From assembly GCF_018977255.1 (NCBI RefSeq), contig NW_024704742.1, positions 75,022,001-75,086,000 of the forward strand: DNA of 64,000 nt, read 5' to 3'. The translations under genes were made by a program, and so were the position numbers. The notes under the pieces were generated by a model, which saw nothing but the letters and a program-made list of their open reading frames with translations, was not told where the DNA came from and searched no databases. This stretch comes from Callorhinchus milii. Taxonomy: Eukaryota. Every line of letters starts with the position of its first letter. The stretch's first letter is position 1. Below are positions 37,501 to 51,291 of this stretch, piece after piece.

Positions 37501-38559
37501 CCCACACTCCTGTTCTCAATAGCATGAAAAAATGATGTACAATCTGTGTAATCATGTAAGTTAGACTTTATCAGATTGTATACACAGTAACTGTGTATAC
37601 ACTGCACTTCTGCAGCCAGGACCACCTCACCTGTCAGCACATTGATTCGAATTTGAAACACTTCAAATATTGCAAGAATTTAAAACATTTTAAAGTACTT
37701 TAGAGCTGAGCAACAATAAAAAAAATGACTTATTGAAGACTGGACTTCCTTGTTCACAGTGTTCAATGGGCATAATGAGAACATTTGGTCTCGTTCGGTA
37801 TTAAATAAATCACTTTAATTTCAACACTAGATTGCCTCTGGTTGGTCAGCAGGTAAGATCTCAATCTTAGCATTGGAGGCTTGGCACTTCCCATGAGGAG
37901 GCAGCAAATATATACTGCCAAATTCTGCACTTGCTCACTCCCTGCACACAAGCAAAATCAAACAGAGAGAGAAATAAAATAAATAAAATGTGCTATCAGT
38001 TAAATGTGAAACGTAAAGTGCAGCAAAGAGTGCCCAAGACATATAGCTGGGCCCCCAACAAGTTCCCAGGTCCACAACATCCATGGATTAGCGATAAGAC
38101 TGGAAAACTTGTCCCAAATCATAATCAAAATCGTACAAAATGCAAAGAATGCATACTTTCACGAGTTGATCTCAGTAAGAAAATTTAAATCTCTTGACTA
38201 AAGCAGACATGAATTTTGGTGAATTAATTTCAATTCTAATCTCTAAGATTACATCAAAAGATCTGGGCCTTTAATTCCGCTGGTGTCATTGACGTTTATT
38301 GTTCGGAAAATGCTTTTCGCAGTCAATGAACAGCGGCAGTGCACAGACACTACTGTGATATTCTGACAGATTGATATGTTTGTTTTAGTAGCTGTGTGGA
38401 TTCATAGGGAGGTGATAAAACTCATCTCTAAAACATTGACTGTGCAAAGTGAATGAGAAGCAGACTTTCATTCAAATAGATTGTTGCTTTTAATTTGCAC
38501 TTGAATGATTCATTATTGGACAGTCAGTAAAACTCAAATTTATTCACCCAAAACTGCTA

Positions 38560-38915
38560 TGTGTGGAACTTCAGCCTATAGGGATTGTTTATGCACTATC
38601 TAATACAGTGCTGGGGGTGTGCTGCATTGCTGGAGATGTTGTTCTACTGGTGAGTCATTAAATCAAAGTCCTGAGTGCCTGTTCAGGTGAACATTAAAGT
38701 TCACATAGCACTATGTGAAAGCAGAAAGTCATTTCTCCCTGTGTTCTGGACAATAATCCGCTAATAAAATTTGATCACTCACTTCATGTTTGTGAAACAA
38801 TGGTGTGTGCAAATTGGCTGCCAATTTGCTTATAGACAACTGCACTTTTCAATAAATCCTGTAAAGTGCTTTGCAACGTCTTCCCAACACAATATCAAAT
38901 GCAAAGATTATGTTT
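38560..38915 (+). mobile_element. Older Deu-domain SINE
   Basis: gtgctgcattgctggagatg...ttaaatcaaagtcc...aaattggctgcc...gtaaagtgctttg. Confidence 0.65.
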
Positions 38916-39028
38916 TAGTTTGTGCAAATCTTATTGAGTAGTAACTTTATTTAAAGAGTGCAGATGTAGTGGTAATTTTATTTAAAGGGAGCGGATGTAA
39001 GGAGTTTCAGCAATATTCAGCGTCAATA

Positions 39029-39334
39029 AATAATAATACTTGCAGTTGATATAGTGTCGTATCACATCTTCGACATATCACAAAGCACTTCATAGTATAT
39101 ACAGTAAAATTATATTTTGTGGGTGAAACGCGGCAGCCAATTGAGTGACCAATTTTCTTTTTCAGGAATTATTACCCCCGGAAAAGCGATCCTCCAATCA
39201 ACAAACAACCTACTGCTAGGTAAAAAAAAGTATGTGAAGTAAGGAAACTTGCCCAACGTTTCGCCCTGCCAGGATTCAAACCCAGCTCTCTCCTTTGCAA
39301 GGTGAACGCTCTAACCATTGAGCTACAGGCCTCC
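39029..39334 (-). mobile_element. SINE (long subfamily), internally deleted; head-to-head with an older Deu SINE (39338-39670, +)
   Basis: tRNA head ends ...agctacaggcctcc on the + strand. Confidence 0.85.
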
Positions 39335-40755
39335 ACAACGCTGACATTTACTGACACTGAATATGTGGGGCTAAATCTCAGAAATAAGGGAGGCCACAAA
39401 GAGACTAACTGCTATTCACAACTCAGACTCACAGTTGACACTCCATTGCAGCACTGGAGAGTGCTGTATTGTCAGGCGGCGTCCTTCAGATGAGACGTTA
39501 AACAGGTCCCATCCGTCTGTTTAGAAGGACGTTAAAGATCCCAGAGGACTTTTTGAAAAGAGTGTTTCTAGGCAACAATCCCCCAAATAAAATCATTCAC
39601 TTCATGACTGTAGGACATTGTGTTCACAAACTGAACAACATGATAATGCAGGATTTCAAATGCAAGGATTAATCTATAGCTTTCATGTAAAGTAATGTTT
39701 TCACATGTGCAGATGGTGTAGATCAGCAAGCAAGGTGGAGAAGGTTTCAGGGGAGGTGACTGAAAGTACTGTTGGTGAGGTAGGTGTTTAGGAGGGTGGT
39801 GCAAGGGAAAATGTTTCAGAAAGTGGGGGCACTGGGGCTGAAAGCTCAACTGCTGACGGTGTTACAGAGGATATAAGGATGCAGCAGGCCTGAATTTGCT
39901 GACCAGAGGGATTGCGCAGAAGATACTAACAGGAACTTGACAAATTCTGCAAAAGGCACCAGAGCAAATTATTATCTTTACATTTGCGGGGAGAATATTT
40001 CTTAAAGACAGAAAGAACATTTTTATATGGGCTATAACACAGAAATGCCACATGAATTAGTATGGTGACTTAGGTTTCAATCTTAGATAAACAAAGGACT
40101 CGGCTCCAGCACAGAATCTTTCTGGGTGTTAAAATCCTGCAATCCTTGTTTTCATCCATATAATTGTTTTCATCCACATAATTGATAAATATAAATAATA
40201 CACGAGAACAAGTCAAAGTAATGCAAGAGAAAGCCAGTCAGCTCCAATGAGTTAAACTTGCCTGGAGGCGTTGTATCTTTAATCAGCACAGACACGCACA
40301 TTTACCACCTGACCTAATTTTCCTTCATGACAGCTCCTCTAAACAAAGAGAAGGTACAGGACTCTTGTGAATACAACCTGACAAAGAGTACCACAAAATA
40401 ATTCTGATTACACAGTCCCTTTCCTGGGTTCCTCTCCAGCCTTGTTTATTACAATGTTTCTTCTCATTTTAAATTTCTATAAATGATTAAACACAGATTT
40501 TTTAGCGTTTGCGTTTGGTTGTTCCTTTGTATGTTAGTTTGTTCTGCCTCCACAAGATGCTGAGGCAACACAAAGCTCACTGGCTGTCACTGAAATTCTA
40601 TAGTTGATCTTAAATAGATGGAGTTGTTGTGAAAGGATATTGCAGCTTAAAGGCTATTTGTCCCAATCAGCATCAACAATAGCACGACTATAACGCGCAG
40701 CTCACTGTCTGCGCTGCGGAGATCACTGCTTAAGTAGTTAAAAATCAGAAAACTG

Positions 40756-41115
40756 ATAATAATCCTTGCATTTGATATAGCGCCTTATCACGTCTTTGAG
40801 ATGTCTCAAAGCACTTCACAGAATATACTGTAAAGTGAATTGACTGAATATTTTGTGGGTGATCCACGGCAGCCAATTGCGCACAGCAGTGTCCCACAAA
40901 CAGGTGTAGATTAAGTGACCAAATTTTTTTTTCGTAGGGATTATTACCTCTGGAAAAGTGATCTGTCAATTAACTAACAACCAGGTTCCTACTTACTGCT
41001 AGGTAAACAGAAGCGGTTGGAGTAAGGAAACTTGCTCAACATTTCACACTGCCAGGAATCGAACCCAGGTCCTCTCGCTTGTGAGGCGAATGCTCTAACC
41101 ACTAACCTACAGGAC
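40756..41115 (-). mobile_element. Full-length SINE (long subfamily)
   Basis: Head, internal segment and tail are all present. Confidence 0.9.
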
Positions 41116-41714
41116 AGATGAGTAAAATCGCAATTATCTTTCATATTTCATAATAATTTGCATAAATGAATCAATTTACTGTAAATCCTCTCATTTTTAG
41201 ATGGAAATTAACCTGATAAACACAGCTGTGTTTGCTTTGCATTGCTCTCTGTACTAGACGTAACTATACGCCTGAGTTACTGCTTAAAATAAACTCCAGA
41301 ACACATTTCCATTGTAATTTTTAATAACATATGATGGAAAAAAATATGCAGCAGAGAATGTGTTAAACATTCTGCAGCTGCACTTCCTCTGCATCAAATG
41401 TAGCTTTTAATTATGAATGTATTATAATATTTAGTGGGCATAAAATATTCCAGTGACCAGCTGTAGATTATTTCCCTGTTAAACTGTCACAGATATTAAT
41501 CTTTACATCTTCATATACCAAAATGTATTTTGAGCGCCACTATCGGCAGAAAAACATATCAATAAGAAGCAAAAACAAATAAAACTGAGACAAGTTATTA
41601 TATTGTTATCAAGAATAATTTACATGAGTTGAAAACTGTAAAGTTACAATTCCTGGTTACCATACTATCCTACGGATGTGGGGGGTGGGTGAGCAGAGTC
41701 TCCCTTGGAGCAGA

Positions 41715-41985
41715 ACTGGCTTTGATCTGACATGTTTGCCAATGGAATTTCAGAATGGAGTAAATTCTCTGTGGGGTTCTCAGTCGCCCAGTTCCTGAGT
41801 CAGGTAAGTCCCAGCGCTTTGGGACATCAAAACGTGAGAGGCACTAAACAAATGTAATTTTGTTGTTGTTCTTGTTGTTAGTATTCCAGGGCACTGCTGA
41901 TGACAAACTAGCTAGCCTGACTAATTGATAGGTCTTGGAGGGGCAGACTGGTCACTGAGAGGGAGAGATTCTTCCCACTCAGCTA
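41715..41985 (+). repeat. Unclassified dispersed repeat, 5' part, with a short L2 tail inserted
   Basis: gtattccagggcactgctgatgaca and tcccactcagct are shared with 25950-26052. Confidence 0.75.
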
Positions 41986-42810
41986 CAACAACAACAAGAT
42001 TACATTTGTATAGCGCCTTTCACGTCGGCAGGACATCCTAAGGGCTCAACAGTGTACAGCATTTCAGACCCGAGCTGGGATCAGGGGTGGAGAAGGGAGG
42101 GGACGGGAAAGGGGGGTGACCGATGGCATGGTCGAAGAAGAGGGACTTGAAGGAGGCTCAGGAGGATGCGAGGCGGAATGATTGGGGGATGTAATTCCAG
42201 AGGTTGGGGACAGAGTGATTGAAGGCTCTCCCGCCAATGGTGGGGTGGGTGGGTCGGGGGACGTGGAGCAGGCCAGAGCCGGCTGAACGGAGGAAACGAG
42301 CAGGTTGGTAGGGGTTTAGGAGGTCACAAAGGTAGGGTGGGTCGAGGCCACGGAGGGCTTTGTAGGTGAGGACCAGGATCCTGAACTGGATCCTCTGAAG
42401 CATAGGGAGCCAATGGAGTCGGGCGAGAGTGGGGTCAAGGAGTTTCGTGCGGGAGAGGACACAGGCCACAGAGTTCTGGATTATCCGCAGCCTGTGGAGG
42501 GAGGAGTTGGAAGGCCGACAAGCAGGGCATTTGCATAGTCGAGCTTGGAGGTGATGAAGGCATGAACAAGAGTTTCAGCGGCCTGAGGGGTGAGGTAGTG
42601 GCAGAGTCGGGTGATGTTACGGAGGTGAGGGAAGGCAGAGCAGGTCATGGCTTGAATGTTGGGGAGAAAAGACAGTTGAGGGTCTGTCAAGACACCTAGA
42701 TTCCTGACTGGCTTGGTTACGCGCAGGTTCGGTAAGTCTTAGAGATAGGCCGTGGAGGACGAGGAGGTCAGGAGAGAAGACATTGATGGGAGCCAAGAAG
42801 TATGGCTTCT
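41985..42810 (-). mobile_element. L2 LINE 3' fragment
   Basis: Encodes AAETLVHAFITSKLDYANALL and LARLHWLP..QRIQF; (CAA)n tail on +. Confidence 0.9.
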
Positions 42811-42851
42811 GTATACAGTCACTATATTACAGTAACAGTGTAATGGTAACA

Positions 42852-42948
42852 GTCGGGAGGACGTCCCAAGGCGTCCCAGTGCCTTCCAGCACCTTGGGAC
42901 GTCCTCCTGACATTAAAGGCGCTTTACAAATGTAATTTTCTTGTTGTT
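42852..42948 (+). mobile_element. Ultra-short L2 tail with a 5' fold-back
   Basis: Flanked by GTAACA duplications (42846-42851 and 42949-42954); contains 20-bp inverted arms. Confidence 0.8.
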
Positions 42949-43344
42949 GTAACACTAACAAAGTAGTCACTGTATGGGAGCAATATTATAAATTGTGATA
43001 ATTAAAGTGTGTTCTATTTCTCAATACAAACGGTGAGATCCCTCTGTTTCAGGATGGGAATACAGGTGCTGCTCTTGTTGCTCTCACAGGGCGGTGGGCC
43101 AGCAAACAGGGTGGGCACCACTGAGGAAGTTTGTCAGGCTGTTGCGACAGGCAGGTGCAGGTGAAAATTGACACAATTAGGCAATAAATGCACCAGCAAT
43201 TGACAACCCTCTAAACAACATCCACCTCAAACGTCTCAACGTCAGGCAACATTCAAAGTAACAAAGTCAAGCACTGCTCACTGTCTACTCAGCCTCTCTT
43301 GGAACAGTAACAAAATTGTTAAATTTATATTAAAATGTAGTTAA

Positions 43345-43750
43345 TTTAATAATAATAGTAATAATCGTTGCATTTACAGCCCCTTATCATGTCTTCGAGA
43401 CACCTAAAAGAGATTTGCAGGATATACTGTAAAGTGATTTATCTGAGTAATGTGTGGGTGAAATGCGGCAGCCATTTTTGAAAGACCATTTTTTTATGTT
43501 GGGGATTGTTGGCCAGGATACCTGGAGAAACTCCTTTCTCTTTTAGAATAGTGCCATGGGATCGTTAACGTCTATCTGAATAGGCAGACGGGACCTCGGT
43601 TTAACATCTCATCCAAAGGACAGCACCTCCGACAATACAACACACCCCCAGCACTGCATTGGAGTGTCTGCTTAGTCCCGCGATGGAGCTTGAACTCACA
43701 ACCTTCTGACTCGGAGGTGAGAATTTGACCACTGCGCCAGACTTGACACA
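43345..43750 (-). mobile_element. Deu-domain SINE, best-preserved copy
   Basis: gaatagtgccatgggatcgttaacgtc...ggcagacgggacctcggtttaacatctcatccaaaggacagcacctccgacaa; tRNA-like head near 43690-43750. Confidence 0.8.
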
Positions 43751-44565
43751 CAAAAAATTTGGAATGCCCGTTTCAATTTTATGATGTTATATATGCACCG
43801 TGAAGAATGGTTATACAACATAATGTCATTCAAAGAGTTCTAAGGCAAAATAAATGTAAAGAGTTCAGCTCAGAGAGGCAAGCCATATAGTATGATCCTG
43901 AGATTGAATCTTCTGCTTTGAACTCACTTCTTCCTGTTCTAAGAAAAGAGGCAGCACAGGAGAAAAACCCATAAACAGAACACGAATAATATGCTTAATC
44001 TACTCACTAATTGTACAGCAAAGGGACACAGACTCAACTCGAAAAAGGGAAGGTGAACAGATGGGTTTGGTTATGGAGCAATAAGAGAACTAGAGAGAAA
44101 CTATTTCCTATAATTAGGAATTGGGACAAGGGAGCAAATTTGCGAATGTTGTGAATGGAATGGAATTTCTTCACTGAGAAACTTGTTCAGGTTTGGAACT
44201 CATGTGGCTATTGAGACTGGATCAATAGCACCATTCAAAAAGGGAACTTGAATAAATATCTGGGAAGCAAAACATCAAGGGACATAGGAAAGAGCAGAAA
44301 AGTGGCATTAATCAATAAGAGAGTGATTTAGTGATACAGCTAGCAGTTGCTTAGACACAATGCAACTTCTTTGAATGCACTTGTTCCTGTGAGATAATAA
44401 TAATAATCCTTGCACTTGATATAGCACCTGATGTCTTCGAGACGTCTCAAAGCGCTTCACAGCTGCAAAGTGTAATGACTGTGTATTTTGTGGGCGAAAT
44501 ACATTAGACAGCAATGCAACTTCTGCAGCTCTCTTCTGTGCTGAAAAATTATGTTTGCTATTTTA

Positions 44566-46855
44566 CACAACAACAACAACAAGATTCCATTTATAGAGCG
44601 CCTTTCACGTCGGGAGGACGTCCCAAGGCGCTGTACAGTTGGGTCAGGACCCGAGCAGGGGGGAAATGGTCAGAGTGCGGGGAGGGAAGGGAGGGAGCGA
44701 GGAGGGGGAAATGGTCAGAGTGCGGGGAGGGAAGGGAGGGAGTGAGGAGGGGGTAGAGAGTCGAGAGGGGAGCTGAAGGCACGGTCGTAGAGAAAGGTCT
44801 TGAGACCGGCCTTGAAGGAGGAAAGGGAGGAGGCGGCGAAGGCACTGGGGGATAGAGTTCCAGAGCCTCGGGGCTGAGAGGCTGAAGGCCCGGCCACCGA
44901 TGGTAGGGCGGTTGGGGCGGGGGATGTGGAGCAGACCGGAGCCAGAGGAACGGAGGGTACGGGCAGGTAGGTAGGGGGATAGTAGGTCAGAGAGGTAGGA
45001 GGGAGCAAGGCCGTGAATGGCCTTGTAGGTGAGGATGAGGATCTTGAATTCGATCCTCTGGGGGATGGGGAGCCAGTGGAGGCGAGCGAGGGTGGGAGTG
45101 ATGTGGTCGCGGTGTCTGGTGCGGGACAGTACACGAGCTGCAGAGTTCTGAATGACCTGCAGCTTGTGGAGGGAGGTGCCGGGAAGGCCGGCGAGGAGAG
45201 AGTTCCCATAGTCCAGCCTTGAGGTGATAAAGGCGTGGACCAGGGTTTCAGCAGCGTGAGGGGTGAGGTAGTGCCGTAGTCTGGCGATATTCCGGAGGTG
45301 ATGGAAGGCGCTGCCAGTTGTGGCGCGGATATGGGGGAGAAAGGACAGCTCAGGAGTGCAGCCTTGGATACTGATGCTGTCAGCGCCTGAGGTGCGGAGG
45401 CCCTGACGCGAGTCAATCAGGAAGGCCTCAGTTTTGCGCACGTTGAGCTGAAGAAAGTTGTCTCTCGTCCAGGACTCGATGTCGGACAGGCAGCTGTCAG
45501 GACATCGGTGGTCGTGGAGTTGAGGGTAGAGGAGGAAAGGTAGAGTTGGGTGTCATCCGCATACATGTGGAAGTTAACCCCATGTCTGCGGATGATGTCA
45601 CCAAGGGGGAGCATATAGAGGGTGAAGAGGAGGGGATGGAGGACAGAGCCTTGAGGGACATCGCACGAGACAGTGCGGGGGCTGGAGGAAAAGCCATTCG
45701 TGGAAACAAAGTGAAGACGGTGGGAGAGGTACGACCTAGACCACTCAAGGACAGGGCCTTGAAGGTTGAGGTGGGAGGACAAGCGGTGGAGGAGGATAGC
45801 GTGGTCGACCGTATCGAATGCTGCCGATAGGTCGAGGAGGACGAAGAGGCAGAGGGAGCCCTGGTCACAGATGGTCAGGATGTCATTGGTGACCTTGACC
45901 AGGGCAGTTTCTGTGCTATGGGCAGCACGGAAACCCGACTGAAGGGGTTCGAATAATGAATGGGTGGAGAGGAAAGAGCGCAGCTGGGAGGCGACAACTT
46001 GTTCCAGGACCTTGGACAGGAAGGGGAGGTTGGAGATGGGCCGGTAGCTTGATAGCTGCGACGCATCAAGGGAGGGTTTTTTCAAGGTGGGAGTGATGGT
46101 GGCAGTTTTTAAGGGAATGGGAACAGAGCCAGAGGAGAGGGACAGGTTGACGATGTCTGTGATATGTGGGGCAAGGAGGTGGAGCTGGGAGATAAGGAGT
46201 GGAGTGGGGATGGGGTCAAGGGAGCAGGTGGTGGGTTTCAGGGATAGGATGAGTTTGGTGACAGAGGGTGGGGAAACGGGTACGAAAGTGTGTAGGGGAG
46301 GATGGGTAAGAGTCGGAGTGTGGGAGGGAGGGAGGGGGTGGGGGGTGGGTCGATGTTGGAGGGGAAGTGACCGCAGAGCGAATTCCCTTGATTTTGGATT
46401 CAAGGAAATCCAGCATCTCCTCGCAGTGAAGATTGGAGGAGATGACCTGCGGGGGAGACGGAGGAGTCGGGATGTTGTAGAGAACAGTAGCCTGGGGTTG
46501 TTCTTCGCCTCCAGGATTATCCTGGAGTAGAAGGACGACTTGGCCGAGGCTAGAGTGGAGCGGTAGATTTTGAGGAGGTCCAGCCAGATTTGTCGGTGGA
46601 CCGTTAGGCCAGATTTGACGCAGGTGCGTTCAGCGGCCCGCACCTGGCTCTTCAGTGAGCGGAGGTGGGTGGTGAACCAGGGGGAGAAGCGAAAGTAGGT
46701 TACAGTACGGGAGGTGATGGGGGCAAGAGTGTCGAGTGTGGAGGAGAGGGTGTTGTGGAGGAGGGTGAGAGGAGAAGAGGGATCAGTGAGGGTTGAAGGC
46801 CAGAGGGAGAGGAGTTCAGAGGACTCCAAGGCAGCGGTTAGGGATTGTGGGGGTA
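44566..46855 (-). mobile_element. Young L2 LINE, 2.3 kb, 5'-truncated, full RT domain, disabled
   Basis: The 470-aa ORF contains [36 protein letters not shown] and YADDTQLY. Relative to the 61.9-kb copy it has a 1-nt deletion near 45495 and a ~43-bp deletion near 45352. A ~45-bp tandem duplication lies in the 3' UTR (44658-44747). Confidence 0.96.
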
Positions 46856-48959
46856 AAGAGGCTGACTAATGTGTGGAATGGATTAGTGTGCTGTTGCTGG
46901 AAATATTGGTAACATGCACATGGGTTATCTGCTCAGCAGTCGGATTTGTCACTGGCTCCATTGTTACTGACCAAGCAAAGGAACCAAACACAGGTATTAA
47001 AATAGCAAATAGAAACTAGAATAGCATCTCATTATATCATTCTGTACTGAATATAGTGGGGCAGCTTCCCTCATTAGGGCTTTCAGAGCCACTAAACAAG
47101 TTATTTTTAATGAACGTTTCCTGCTAACTAATTTACTCCAGCACCTTTTTGCTGCCGTTCTGTTCCCTCTTGCAACCTGTGTGTGATATAATACTGGAAG
47201 GACTTTCTACTCTATTAAAGGATCCTGTTAGACATCACTACATATTAAATCCCACTGACCACTTGAGATGAGTGCCAACTTTCTGCAGCTGAACATTGAC
47301 AAGATGGAAACATTCCTTCCACTTGTCCCTGGCTTGTCAGTAGTCTTCACATTGCATTGAAGATCTTCCTCTTTGAACTTGCGACTAGTCACCTCCCCCT
47401 TCTCCCCGATTCAGCATCAAGCTCTACCACCATTAAACAATTCAAGATGCTGTCTGTGTGAAAGACACTATATTTTTGCAAACTGTTGCAGTTGAGGCTC
47501 ACCAATCCATGCACTCATGGATCATACATGGACTCCAAAACCAACTGAGGACTGCATGATATCAACATTAATTACTTGATCAACTACAAGAATCTTGGAT
47601 TGTTTAATGGTGGCGGAGCTTGACGCTGAACTGAGGAGATGACCGTACTTAAGGTCAAAGAGGAAGGTCTTGAGATGCAATTATTGAATATTCCTTGACC
47701 TATCTAAATGCTGCAATCTGAAATGATTGAATTCTCAGAAATACAGAATAAATAAAACAGCAGTAATATTTGTACTAATGCTCCAGAGAACAACCTTCAG
47801 AACTCATTTGAGCCAATTGATCATAGTGTAACTGTGTGCCACCTTCTGAGATATATGTTGGGAAAATAATGTTATTTACTCCCAGAATTGGTGCCACACT
47901 CAGTAAATTCTAATGTGATCAGATCTTGTCCTTACCACAGTCTGAATCTCAGTTGAAGAAACATTCCTGTGTAGAATTAGTTAGTGGCATCTTCATGTTC
48001 AGAATTCTATATTTTGGGGTCTAATTTGTGGTAATTCATATTGGGTTTGCTTAAAAAGAAATCCATTTCCAGAAGCAAATCCCACCAGAACCAAAATCCT
48101 CTTTTCAACATTTGGATTTCCAGGTTCTTAAATTGAGAAATCACTTAAATGAATAGCACAAAATTTATCTCATCGTTTCAAATACAGTAAAAGCAAAAAA
48201 AACGGCACGAGAAACAGAACACAAAATAAGAATAATGAGATTGGGAAAAGGGAAAGGTAAGCAGTGAAAATATTAATATGGTAACACTGCAGGATACAAC
48301 ACAGAAATGGGGTCTCAAGAACGGGAGAGTGGAATGCAATCTACTGAAACCAATGTGTGACAAACAATCAAGGCTATAAAGTCAGCAGGACAGATCATGA
48401 GAAAAAGGTAGAAAACAAAAGACAAAGTTTAAATGAATAAAAGGACAATGAGAGCAAGAAGCTGGAAGGAAGAATGGGTTAGCAGGATGGGCAATGGTAA
48501 AAAATTATAAATGTTTTATTTTAGCTTCATATTGTATTTTTGTGTATTGACTGTAATGTCTTTTCTCAATTCTGGACCCAATATTTTAATTGCAACCAGA
48601 CCAACATCTTGTATAAATTTAGCAATATGTCCTTCCTCTTGTATTCAATGCCCCTATATTCTATACACTTGAATTCCATTTTGCTTTTTTGTGGTCCTAT
48701 CTACTTGTACTTCTACATTCAGAGAACTTTAAGAATATTACTAATTTGAGAATATTTCTTGGATTGCTCTACTTCCCTAAACTTTACATTTCTCATCATT
48801 TAATTATTTTGCATTGGCTGAGTGTACTGGACACAATAAAGGCTATTGACACTGGTAGCATTCTGGCAATAGTGATCAATACATTTAACCAGAACTAAGC
48901 AAAGAAACCTAAATGATTTTGATAGGAACCTGAATGGGGCTCAGGTGGATGTACAACTT

Positions 48960-49342
48960 ATAATAATAATAATCATAATCCCTGCATTTGATATTGTGCC
49001 TCATCATGTCTTCGAAAAGTCTCAAAGCCCTTCGCAGAATATACTGTGAAGTGAATTGACTGTATAATTTGTGGGCGAAATGCAGCAGCCAATTGTGCAC
49101 AACAATATACCACAAACAGTCGTAGAATGAATGACCAAATTATTGTTATATATTTTTGAAAGGAATTATTATCCTTGGGAAAGCAATCCGCCAATCGACT
49201 AACAACCGGATTCCTACTTACTGCTAGGTAACCGGAGGTGTGTGGAGTAAGGAAACTTACCCAACATTTCGCCTTGCCCGGAATCGAACCCTGGTCTCTC
49301 GCTTGCAAGGTGAGTGCTCTAACCCCTGAGCTACAGGACTCC
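48960..49342 (-). mobile_element. Full-length SINE (long subfamily)
   Basis: Runs from the head ggagtcctgtagctcaggggttagagc to the (TTA)n tail. Confidence 0.92.
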
Positions 49343-50589
49343 ATGTAGGCTATTATACAATTTAGGCGATATTCAATTTAGGCAATGCACAATTTATAAA
49401 GAAAACTTATGCAAGTTTTACTGTATATGCAAAATAAAATTAAAATGATTTGATGTATTTGTGTCCTTTTTAATGTTTATCTGCACTTAAGTTGTGTTGT
49501 GAAGGTTTGATTTGATTATTAATGCATGTTAAAATTTTCCCAGGAATTCCTCCAGGCCATGAGACTGAGTCTTGTATTTTTACAGCTGCATCCCTCACTC
49601 CCTGTTGACTTCCACACTCCTGGAGCAGGCCTCATTTAAATCCCCAAACCACATAGATTGTTGTCCAGGTTGAACCCTGTGACTTGTACCAGCAATGGAA
49701 ACAGCTTTGACTGAGGGGAGAGGCTCCACATTCATGGAAATCTTAAGCAAAGAGCATTTAGAGGAGACAAAAGGAAAAGGAAATAGAGTGAAACTGATGA
49801 GAACTAGAATCCCAAGTAAACTGAGAAATACTGGAGGAAGAGAAGAAGAAATAGTAAAAGAAAAAGGTTTTAAATCAAAGAGGTCAACAGATCATAAAAC
49901 TGCTTTACAGAACAGAGATTTTGCATGAACAGTTGAAACGTTTTTGCATTAGTTTAACAACTCTATAGTGTATCAGAGGATTCAGAAAGAGAACATGAAT
50001 CCAGGAAGGGTTTGCGTTACAGTTCTGTGCAAGGGCAGATTTTCAGTGCACTAAAAGATCGGGCTCAGATGTCGAGTATGAACATTTGGTCGTGCTTACA
50101 GCTGAGCTGCTAAAATAACAAGGGGGTGGGTAGTCATAAATTGTGGTATTTTTAAACACATCCTGGAGTAAAATACAAACATAAGGAGCCTGGATGCTGA
50201 TGGCAATAATGTATAGGCCATAATAATAGCTTATGAACATTGTCTCTGGAAGGTTCCAAAACTTACAGCAGCACCGTAGACAATCAGAAACTGTTGTCAG
50301 ATTGTGGCTCAGGGCCTGATGAACAACTACAATCGTATCACAAATAAGATGATAAGCACTCATTGACGGCTCTGCTGTAAATATACATCTATTTTAAAGG
50401 AAGAGACACTGCACAAAGGAATGCATTGGTGGGGTAAGGAGTATGCGGTGAGGGAGGGTGAGGAGGCTGAAATCAGAGATGCATCAGTGCAGTTGGCTGT
50501 CATAAAATGTGTGACAGTCTCCATTAACATCTATTTGGGGATCCTGGCCACCGACCTTAGCATCACCTAGGGGCCATGGCCTAGTACAA

Positions 50590-50982
50590 AGTGACACAAC
50601 AGTTTAATCCTGGCAGTCCCCCTAACTCTGTGACTTCCTACCCCCCTACCATCCTGCCCACTTCCTCCGCTCAGCTCGCTCCAGCCTGCTTCACGTCCCC
50701 ATCTCGCCGGCCCCACCATTGGCGGGAGGGCCTTCTGCCACTCTGCCCCCACCCTCTGGAACTCCATCTCGCAGTCTTCCACTCGCCTCCTCCCGTGCCT
50801 CCTTCAAGACCCATCTCAAGACCCTCCTCTTAGACCGTGCTTTCGATCACTCTGCTTCCCCCCCTGCCCTCCACCTTCCCCAATCCTGACCCCCAGCTCG
50901 GGTCCGAAACTCTGACTGTCCAGCACCTTGGGACGTCCTCCCGACGTGAAAGGCGCTATACAAATGTAATTTTTTTTTGTTG
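50590..50982 (+). mobile_element. L2 3' end
   Basis: IGGRAF-coding segment and ccttgggacgtcctcccgacgtgaaaggcgctatac tail. Confidence 0.88.
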
Positions 50983-51291
50983 ACCCTGCAAGATGTCCAT
51001 CACACAGGTGAGGAGATTCTTTGAAAAGAAGACCAGTGCAACACTTTTTGGTTACAATACTTAAGCCCTGGAATTGTTTGACTGAGCAGTGAAGGGATAA
51101 CAGAGTGATGATCCTATTAATGATTTGATGGGAGGGTAGGTTCCATTTCTCGTGGTTGCTTTATCCAGTCTTATCTGTCCATCTAACAGGATGAAATCCT
51201 GCATGTTCAGGGTTGTGCTCTGTGAGTCATGTAAACAAGACCAAGAACTGTCAGAAATCCAGACCAGCTTTATTTTTAGAAAGCTAAACAG

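Noticed and set aside
44715..45868. Ser/Pro-rich alternative-frame ORFs (also 61966-62949 after its frameshift)
   Set aside because: Off-frame readings of C-rich L2 sequence.
50043..50363. 106-aa ORF as an exon or transposase
   Set aside because: No recognisable motif or convincing splice signals.
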